DNA from: Chrysomallon squamiferum
Taxonomy: Eukaryota > Animalia > Mollusca
Assembly (NCBI GenBank): GCA_012295275.1
Contig: CM022670.1
Coordinates: forward strand, 41,788,001-41,852,000
DNA length: 64,000 nucleotides
Direction: 5' to 3'
In this document: one piece after another, positions 54,144 through 64,000 of the stretch
Layout: each line of letters begins with the position of its first letter
How positions within the stretch are numbered: position 1 is the first letter of the stretch
Position numbers and translations under genes: made by a program
Notes under the pieces: generated by a model
Database searches by the model: none
What the model was told of the DNA's origin: nothing
Seen by the model: only the letters and a program-made list of their open reading frames with translations

Positions 54144-55069
54144 AATGAATCTATAAGTTAAAATATTACAGTTTGTGTAAACTAGAAAACATAAAACACT
54201 GTAATACACAAATGGATTTATAATTTTTTTTTTTTTTTAGTCTGCTTAAAATTACAAAAATACTGTAGTAATTTTTTCTAAATATGGATTTTACAAAAAC
54301 CTTTATCACTGAATCCAGTACACACACAGAGAGATCACATATAAATAAAATTAAATATTTGCAATGAAGTAGTTATATTTACTTGATATAACAAATAGTG
54401 TCTAGTGTTATCAAGATTTACAGTATTATCATATTAAATGTATGAAATTATTGAATTTCTCACAACACCATGGAAGATAGATAAAAAAAACAACATACGT
54501 TTCTTCAATGATCCAGATGCCCACTGACTGTGAAAAGTAACAAATGTTTCTGTCACATGTTCCTGCAGCTGATGGCCAGGACTCTAAGTGACTGCGATTC
54601 ACTCCATTGTAGTCAAAACAACCAGCTGAAACAGTTACACATACACTTCAATACTGATAACAAACACACTATCTTACACACTCACATATACTCACACACA
54701 CATATATACACATATAATAAAACAAAATGAATAATGTTGTGTAAATGACGAAAGTGAAATAATTTAATTTTTATAATTGCTTTTATAAAACTGCAATGTA
54801 ACAAGGTTAAAACGTAATATTAAATGTTAAATAAAAAGGAAGAACAGAAAATGGCGATCTGGCAGTTTTAGTACAGAGTACCAAACTATTAAAAATATCG
54901 CAGACTTACACGCTGTTTTCACTTTGGTTCTGATCTTCACTTCTGTCGTGACTGAAAGTGATTCCACTTGATAAAAAATGTGAGAAAGAGATAAAATTAA
55001 TAACACAGGGAAGAAGAACCAGCGCAAAGCATTAGAAATATATCGTCGAATTCCAACATGGGCAGCCAT
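52170..55069 (-). CDS. Small secreted cysteine-rich protein: signal/anchor + single-domain VWC (SVWC) + C-terminal ShKT domain (184 aa, 5 exons)
   Basis: Exons 55069-54910, 54625-54499, 53711-53572, 52748-52631, 52179-52170; all GT-AG, phases consistent (555 nt). 8-Cys block GCFDYNG..ESW..TCDRNICY..TC..NC..PFPACC..QC, then 6-Cys block CYDQASDFSCWFW..PC..FYNYTVKYCKKTCGLC*. Confidence 0.85.
52961..53586 (-). repeat. 33-bp minisatellite, 19 copies, each containing the exon 3 end and its GTAAGT donor
   Basis: Minus-strand unit ctttaccaccaaact|gtaagtcagtatttacaa; 19 acttac motifs counted on the plus strand. Confidence 0.93.
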
Positions 55070-55082
55070 ATTGTTTACCAGG

Positions 55083-55090
55083 TGACGTCA
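55083..55090. promoter_or_regulatory. CRE palindrome TGACGTCA just upstream of the SVWC-ShKT start codon
   Basis: Exact match to the CREB/ATF consensus about 14 nt upstream of the ATG; function not shown. Confidence 0.35.
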
Positions 55091-55547
55091 CAATCTGAAT
55101 AGTGTAATACTGATTTGCTGATTATATAATGACATACATTTTTTTTTTTTTTTTTATCGATCTATATTCCTGCTAATTAATTCTCATCATTTATATCTGA
55201 AATAATAATAAAAAAAAGACGAAAAAGAAGGAAAAAAGGAAAGAAAATAAAATCCCTTGGTTACAAGGTCAAGGTAGTTAACTCCAGTTAAAGAACAAAC
55301 GCAAAAAGGCATTAAAGCATGAGCATTAGCTTATCTCTATTTTCATTTTTTCATTGTCTGAAATTGAGCGACTATCCCTTTATTACCTTTAAAAGTGCAC
55401 AGACAATTTTTTTTTTTTTTTTTTTAAAGAGGAAATAGCCATCTATACAGTAATGCTTTGTTGTTACTGGTTTATTTTTTATTTTTGCAAGTTTGCCGTT
55501 TTAACAATGCTATACAAATATTCCATTAGTCTGTCTGTATGTATGCA

Positions 55548-55582
<35 letters not shown>

Positions 55583-56123
55583 TTATAATTTACAGAAATG
55601 TACAAAATAAACTGAGAACCCACACAAAACCCTCTCATCTCTCTATGATGAAGGTGAAAACTGAATAAACACAAATGATACACACACACAGTGTTCTTCG
55701 TATTTCTATGCAAAGCTAAAATGGCATTCTCCACAAAACTACTTATTACCTAATCCTTAACTTTATTATAAACCAATAATTTAATAACAAACACATACAC
55801 AGCTGTTTAAGGTACCCTACAGACCACACCCTCCTTTTCTTTCACATTTACAGATGTGTATCCTGGTTATTTGAACAAGAAAGACCTGGGTGAGTTCGTT
55901 CTTGGCTTTATGTATTCATAAATCCTAAATTTACAACCACCACAACAATGGTAGACTGGATAGTAATAATGGTGGTGGATGTAGTATGAGTAATAACAAC
56001 AACAACAACAATAACACTGGCAGATGTAGCAGACATAATAAAAAGCAAGTTTTAAATAAATGACATTTTCTTTATTAATAGTTTGGGAAGAAGCACATTG
56101 TTAAATAAAAGGACACACAAGAG

Positions 56124-59100
56124 TCAGGTGGTGATCAGACACGTAACACATAACCGAGATGGACCGATACAGTCGTCGTGGCAGAAAGCACCACACTTTT
56201 TACACATCACCAATGCTTTCAGACTACACGCACACGCTGTCTGCCCCACACCATCTGACACGGGAACTGTTGTCACCGACGACCCCAGTGCTGCTGTCAT
56301 AGTGGGCTGCAATATGACAGTAGCAACACTGGATGAAGTGGCAGAGATGCACTGAATGTTTGAAATTGTACTTGTAGGTAAAATAGACACAGGCTTTGTA
56401 AGCAAGCTGGCTACTTTGGTCTCCACACCAGACACAAGCTGTCCTGACATGACACTGCTACTGCTGTTGCTCTGGTTGTTAACTGTCTGCGTCACGTGGA
56501 CGATGTTGCCAGAGACAACAGGCTGAGGTGCAGCAAGTCGAATGATGTGGTGAGGAGACCCTTCACGACTTACTCGAGTAGCAGTGCCAACGTTTGATAA
56601 AAAATTGATCTCGTCCGTATTTAAGTTTAAAACAATTTCACCGTCACTGTTGGCTGGGTTGTTGTTGTCCAGGGAGCCGTCACCCACACTGGCAGGTCTG
56701 ACCACAGTGACCACACCTGCCTGACTGACATTGTTAGGGGGGGCACTGGACGCCCTGGGGGGCGACTTAGCCAACATTGCACGAAGGTTTTCATGTGTTA
56801 TTCTTCTTACACCTTCAGTTTTGGTGCCCGAAACAGCAGGGATGGTGACAACCTTTGTTGGGATGGGCGTGGCTATAGTGGTAGCCAACACAGTCTTGAC
56901 TGGGTCACTGACAAACAACACAGTGTCCTGATTTAAAACATTATTAGCAGTCACAAAAATTATTTGTTTTGTAGGTGTTGCAGGGCACTCAGACACTACA
57001 GGCAAACACTTTGATGAAAGTGTCACTATTTTGCTGATGACTGGCGAGGTTGCTGATGGAACGATGCCAGATAAAATTGGTGTTGATGATCGACTCACAT
57101 CCACCATCACCGACTGTTCACTCTGCGGTGATGATGTCATCACATCTTGAGAAAACAATAACTTAGACGCACTTGGCTGATTTATCTGTGAAACTGGAGA
57201 AACTGGATTACTTCCCTTGCTTAAACTTTTCTCCAGCTCCTGCTGGCAGATGGCCAGGGAACGCTGTAAATTTATACCATTGCTGTTTTTAGAAACCTCC
57301 GTCTTGCCCGGACTTTGAACAGCTGCACTTTTCACACCTGGCAGCATCCTGTTCTGATTTGTCAACAAAATGTTGGGATGGTTTTTCACAGCAGGAGTTG
57401 GACTAGCACTTTGTTCTCTGGGTTCCGCCTGGCCGACTGTTGCGCCTCGCTGAGCTCGAGCTCGAGTCTGTGCTTTGATCTGAGCCAATGTCCTCGTCTG
57501 AGCCTGCACTGGAATCTTGTTAGGTGAGCTCACTCCGCTCAGCAGGCTGCGCACAGACGCGTTCGGCAGCACCGCCCGAACAGGAGTGGGGTGCACAACA
57601 GTGACCGACGAGTGACCTTTAGCGGCCTGAGTCTGTGCTTTGATTTGTGCCAATGTCCGAGTGTGATACTGTTGCAGTCTGATCGGTGATGTCACGCCGG
57701 CTGTTGAAGACACTGCCACCGTAGCTGTCTTCACACTTGAAGTAAACTGCACAACCTGCGGAGTTGTTGTGGTCTGTATGACAGTGGAGACTGGGGTGAC
57801 GCTGTTAGACGGCTGAGATTTCTGCATCCTCGCAGCCTCTGTCTGAGCTTTGATTTGAGCGAGAGTTCTGGCCTGAGCCTGTTTCTGGCTGAGAGCTATT
57901 CGCGCCCGCTTCGCGGAGGAGGGGCTGTCTTCTGATGGTGGGTTCAACCTGATAATCAGCGGCTCCACCACCTGCTCACTTTTCACACTGTCCACCGTCC
58001 GTACAGCCTTGTCCGTGACAGTTGTTAACAAGCCAACCTGCGAACCGTTCACAGCTGCCACGCTGTTTGTCACACTCTCCATGCTGGAGGCTACCTCTTT
58101 GCTGACTGCCTGTCTACGCAGCATGGATGACACCAGTATCTTGTTCTTGTTCTTGATGATCAGTGATTGCACTTTGGGCTGGGGGACTGGAGACGAAGCT
58201 TTGGTCACAGAGGGACCTGTGGCCTTTGGAACATCAGTCAAAACTCTGTGTAAACAGAAAAATAACTATTAAAATACACAGCTCTAAAATCATTTCATGT
58301 CTTACGTAAAACAACTTTATCTGTTTTTATATATATATATATATATATGGATGGATTAATAGATGGATGGTTAGATAGACATATAGATACATTCATTCAA
58401 AAGTTTACAATCATATTTTCATTTTTATTTTTCTGGCCAATATAGAAAAACAATGAACAAAATGAAAAAAAATTATTAATAATAGCCACATAATTTAACA
58501 CAGTATTGTTGCAATAAGTCTTAGAAGCACACACACACTAAAACAAAATGAGTGTCACTTACCTCTGTCCCCAAACTGGCTCAAAGTATTTGGCCTGTAA
58601 AACAACAAAAAAACATTTGAAAGAAAATGTATTTAAAATGACAGTAATGCGACAAGAAACCAGAATAAATCAGCCCATCCTCTGTGTGCTGCTAAAGTAA
58701 CAAAAAAGAAAAGAAAGAAAGAAGAAAAACCAGTTCTTAAATATTTGAAGTGTACTCTGCTGTTAACTCACTAAAAGTATATTGTTTTATGTTTAAATAA
58801 TGAAAAATGTTACCATCTCTGATTTAACTTAAGCAGCCTGTTGTTAAAATCAGGAATGTGTCTTGTAAACTACCAAAGACTTTGTAACAAACACCAGCTG
58901 TTCTCAGAAATCTTTTTTTTTTTTGTATGCCACAATATATGTAAGTAGATAATTAAGTAGATAATATTTATAAACAGGAAAAAAAAAAAAAAAAAATAAA
59001 TAAAAAAAAAAAAAAAGAAATTTGTCTACCTTCCATGGATCCAGTTTATTTTGGTCTTTTTCCTCTTCCTGTTTTAAACGCTGCTGGTTTTCAGGAGTGA

Positions 59101-60926
59101 ATTCTCCTGTAACATACAAACATAATAATAACAACAACAACAGCATATAACTGAGTTATATTGCAGAGTACATGTATAGTAGCTAATGCCTTTAAAATAC
59201 TTTCTATTAATGTAATGTTCTACCTTCCCTCTCAAAATACAAGTAAAATTAACAAACCAACTAAAGATAATGCAAACATTATCTTCAACACACAATTTCA
59301 GGTTAACTAAAAGAAGTGACACAATCAGCAAATAAAAATACAGTTAAATGAACCATAAAATGAGAAAAGTGTACGCCGCATACAACATTACTGAATGGTA
59401 ACAAAAATAAATATTTTAATAAAGAGTTATTATTAGTTTTTGTAATAGAAACGTTTATACATCTAGTTTACAACACAGGTAGAAGAAAAGACATTACCAT
59501 CTGCCAGTCTGTCTCTCCACTCTTGCAAAGCCTTCGCAAAAAATTCATTATTCAAAGCAGTGGGACTCATTCTGAAATGAAAGACGTCTTTGTATAAAAC
59601 ATCTTTGCAAGCATTGAAAGAGTGAAAAGCATGGTGGAGAAATGATTTTAAGGCAAACAAACAATTATAAATAATTTTGACTGGCTATATTGTTTGAAAC
59701 AAAATCTGAAAGTCAGTGATGTCATAATGAACCAAGAGACATGATACATTTTAAAATATTATTTGAAACAAAATGTTACAGTGATTAATTAACTTTTTTC
59801 ACCAAGTTTTTTCTTCTTTTTTCTGAGTTTAATAGTCTGAAAATATTCATGTTTTGTAAAGAATTCAATCAAAGTTAAAATAAATTTGTGTATTAATTTG
59901 TATCATACTTCTGAAAAAATCAACAAAAAAGTAGAACAATAAAAAATATCAGTACCAGTTTTTAAACAGTAAAAGTGGACAGATGAAAGTTTATTTTTTT
60001 CAGTTTAAAAGACTTTCTGTTCACTAAGAAAACTCACTAAATTTTTAAAATAACTTTCCTATCACTCTACAGTGAGAGTCACTCAGTTAGTGTGGGTTGA
60101 GGCAGACAGACTTGTCAGCAGAAGGCTGTGAATGGGGAGAGCACAAAATGTGAAAATGTCAGCTTTAACACTTGTCTGTAACAAGCCCAACTAGTTGTCC
60201 AAACAACAAACTAAAATAACAGTTTCTTTAACTGTGCCCAGATTTTGTTAGAAACTGACTGTGAAGTGAATAGGAAGTCAACTGTGAAGTCATTTGTGAA
60301 GCCATTATTAAATCAACTGGGATTCAAAGCTTCTATGAAAATTCTGTCGTTTGATTATGTATGGATTTTTTTTTAACTGCATAATAGATTCATTTGGCTG
60401 AATTGTTTTATCAGTTTGTAAGAAAGTTGGAGTTGTCTGGGATACAGTGAGACATCCTGTGAGTTAAACTGAACTCACCTCAGCGTGTTGTCACTCTGGA
60501 CGAGTTTGTCACACTCTGGAAGCAGAGTTATCAGCTTGTACTGGTACGACTGTGGCAGCAGTCGAAACGTTTCACTGTTCAACAAGGCCTGAGAAGATGC
60601 AGTAAAAGAATTAAACATGTGTATGTGTAAAACATAAATTTCAATATTACCAAATAACAACAACAAATAACATAAAATAAAATAAAAAATAAACAAAGAG
60701 CAGTAACTAGAAATGAAAATAAAAATGAATGTTCATCCACAGTGGAATGCTGTTTGAGGTACAAATTTACAAAAGAACCCATAATACCATGTTATTCAGA
60801 TTTCATTTAAATTTCTAAATATGAAAATTTATCAAATATATCTAAATTTAACTTATGAATATGTGAAGTACATTTTGACTAAAAAAAAAAAGAAACAAAA
60901 ACCTCCAAAACTACAAGACAGAGAGA

Positions 60927-60960
<34 letters not shown>

Positions 60961-63658
60961 TTCATCACTGTTTATTTATAAGATATTAATTTGAACATTT
61001 TATAAATAACCGGACCTTGACATTGGTGTTGACGAGGATGGAGTCAGGGGACAAGTCAATGCAGCCTTCTTTTGTTCTCTCAATCTGTGCAGCCAGGCTT
61101 TTACGTTTGTTTGACCTGTTGCGTGGCTGCAAAAATAATTTACAAATATTTGTTACTCCAGAATATCATTAACTACAGCACATGTGTATTTAACAAACAT
61201 TTGTTCTTATTCTGAAATATCATTACATATTTGTTTCAGAAATACTTTTCATTCTAACAATAGCAGTAACTACAGTATACTTGGGTTTATATATATTTGT
61301 TATTCCAAAATATCCTTACCTACAATATAAATATATTTAACAAATATTTATTATTCCAAAATATTATTAACTATGATATATATATATATATGAATAATCT
61401 GTTATTCCCAAATATTATTAACTACAAGACAAGTATGTTTAATAAATATCTGCTATTTGAAAATATCACTAACTACAATATAAATGTATTTAGTAAATAT
61501 TTATTATTCCAAAATATCTTTAACTACACTATATATGTATTTAATTAATATTTGTTATTCCAAAATATCATTAACTACAATATAAATGTGTTTAAATATA
61601 ACAATGTGACAAAAACACAATATGTAGTTGAGTTGATGTGAATGGAGAGGAAAAAAAAAAAAAAAAAAAGGAAAGATAATTATTCAGAAACAAATTAACT
61701 AAATATAGAACTATCGTAAATTGCATAACAACAACAAAGAACAATTTGATAAATAAAAAGTTTTTTTTTTTTTTTTTCAGTTTTCTGCATTTCTATAGCA
61801 AGTTGTCTATATTTCTGTAAACTTGTTATATAACTGTTGGTGTTCTTTCTTTATGAGCAAAAACTGAAAACCAGAAACAAAACAAAACAAAATGAAAATG
61901 TTGTTTAGGTTTTATGTTACTGCTATTCAGAGAAACACAAACAAAAAGATAAATAAAATAAAATAAAATAAACAAAGAATAAAAAAAGAATACCTTCATA
62001 CTAAAGCCTGGGGACAGCAGTTCTCTCAGTGTCTGAGTCTTTGTTGAGAGTGCAATGCGTGAGGTCAAAAGTGACCTGGCCGCAGTGGCCGATGTGTTGT
62101 TGACTTTGCTGGACACAGACTTGACCTGCTGTGTTGCCAGTGTCTTGGACAGCAGGCTGGACTTGCTTCCGACCACATTGTTCTTCTGCAGCAACTGATC
62201 TGCAACAGGAAGGAATTCTACAAGTCCACTAATGTTTAAAATTAACGACAATCAGGAATTTATTTTCTTTTTGGTAAGAAAACATTTTATTAACAGCTAT
62301 TCCAGACAGATGAAAAAATAAAGTGTGTAATTTTATAAACAGACACAGGCTGGAATGAACACAAACTGCACTGACTGAGCTGTGGACACCCAGGACTAAC
62401 TACATTTTATTTATTTGTCTCTTGGAATCAAGTGTGTATACTTTCTGCTTTTCATCAATAAAAGCCACAGAACGATATGCAGCGAGTATAAATATTTTTC
62501 TGAAGTCACCTTTCTAACACTGACGTTTTCATTTATTCAACATTCTTTCAGTATCATGCAGTATTCACATTCAGTTCAAAAAGAATGTCAAATGGTTTAA
62601 AAAATTTTATCATGACAGCTTTAAAAAAAAATAAATGATATGTCATAAAAAAATAATAATAATAATAAATATAAATAAATTTATAACTGATAGATTAGTA
62701 CTGAAACAGTTTGATCATCAACAAAATAAAATAAAATAAAATTTTAAATAATCTGGAAAGCGAACAGTTATTTTTTTATCTGATAATTTGATTTTGTCCA
62801 ATTCATTAACTGTATCACTTAGTTAAATATTTAATTGGATATCATGAATTTGCTTTTAGTTAACTGAGTACAGAATATTTAAAAAAATATTATTATTAAT
62901 ATCAAAGACAGTCTTTATTCTGTATGATGTAACTTCAGCCAAAGATGAAAAAGAGAAAGTCAAACAATGGTAGCTGAATATTTATTTATAATTATTTCAG
63001 AATTTAAAACAATAACTAACAAATAATAAATATTTGTTTTAAAAAACAAAATTATGAAACAAAAATATCAACAAGCAACTGTGACATATTAAATTTCTAA
63101 AAATAAACACCCTGTCCAAAAAAAAAAATAGCACAGTAACCTGTTTCAGCATGCTTTTAACCAAAAAATAAAATCTGCTAATATATAAAGCAAGATCTCC
63201 TTATTTAGAATTTTCTGAAATCTAAATTTTATTTTTCAAAGCACATGTTTAGAATATTATATTACTGTGAATTATTTCAAGTTTTATAAGAAAACCTGAG
63301 TTATGATGAAATCCAGTTCATCAGTCCTGTCTAGTTATGTAATCTGTGTGCATATATTTCTCAGAACATTATTATTAAATATCAGTCATTTCAAAAAAAA
63401 AATTAAAAGCTTGTTTCCCTACTGTATAAACTTTTCCCCACTCCTAATTTATTTACTAACAGTAACAGAATAAATAACTAAATAACTAAATAAATAAATA
63501 AATAAAACATTTAGGTTTTTTTAAAATTACAACATCTGCGTATTAATATTTTAAAACTGGACTGGTCACTTACTCCTGGCCTTCGTCCGAAGTGACTGTC
63601 TGACTCCTGCTGCTGACAGAACGCTGCCAGACGTTGCTCGTGAGGTTGACGTGTCCAT
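56124..63658 (-). CDS. ASXL: Polycomb protein Additional sex combs-like (DEUBAD + C-terminal PHD), ~938 aa, 8 coding exons
   Basis: Exons 63658-63574, 62199-61994, 61126-61016, 60588-60479, 59571-59498, 59106-59030, 58594-58563, 58245-56124; phases consistent (2817 nt). [68 protein letters not shown]; [35 protein letters not shown]. The start exon is less certain. Confidence 0.93.
61140..61600. repeat. Degenerate ~48-bp minisatellite next to an ASXL acceptor
   Basis: Repeated aaatattt(g/a)ttattccaaaatatcattaactac units. Confidence 0.75.
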
Positions 63659-64000
63659 GTTTCAGCCATCTCCCACACAGAGATCTCTCACTACCATGAT
63701 CCACCTGAAAGTCAACAAAAAGTTTTACTCATCTTTTCTTTATATCAGACATTTATATAAAGAGTTAAAAAAACTTAACCACACACAATAATTATCTGTT
63801 TTCTACATTAGTGCAGAGATTTTATGTTTTTCTAAAGCTATCAGTAATAACTGTAATGGTGAATTATATGTGTATATGTTGAAAAAGAACAAATCAGTGA
63901 AACAGAGTAAGTGTATGTTGTTTCTTTCAGGATACATTCCAAGTTATGCAGATAATATGTTTCAATAAACAATACCTATATTTCAAATTAATATTTCTGA

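Noticed and set aside
56083-58272. Plus-strand ORFs antisense to the large ASXL exon
   Set aside because: Shadow ORFs of a GC-richer coding exon with no recognisable motifs.
61010-61016. Unusual donor gtccgg in ASXL as a possible minor-class intron
   Set aside because: Lacks the U12 consensus GTATCCTT; treated as a weak ordinary GT donor.

Overview
AT-rich, intron-containing animal genomic DNA. It is probably a mollusc or other lophotrochozoan, but this is inference and not demonstrable from the window. Manual splicing gives seven protein-coding genes: TDH (-), ISCA1 (+), EXOSC3/RRP40 (-), CARM1/PRMT4 (+), a METTL24-like methyltransferase (+), a small secreted SVWC+ShKT protein (-) and an ASXL/Asx Polycomb protein (-). 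There are 18 near-identical U4 snRNA genes: 2 inside METTL24 intron 3 and 16 in an ~11.7-kb tandem array built from two interleaved spacer types. Other features are a 728-bp Tigger/pogo-type non-autonomous transposon, a perfect 67-bp-arm palindrome and many minisatellites, several of which are multiplied copies of real splice junctions. TDH and METTL24-like each show a one-base frame discrepancy (assembly error or real lesion). Most short ORFs in the supplied track are microsatellite artefacts.
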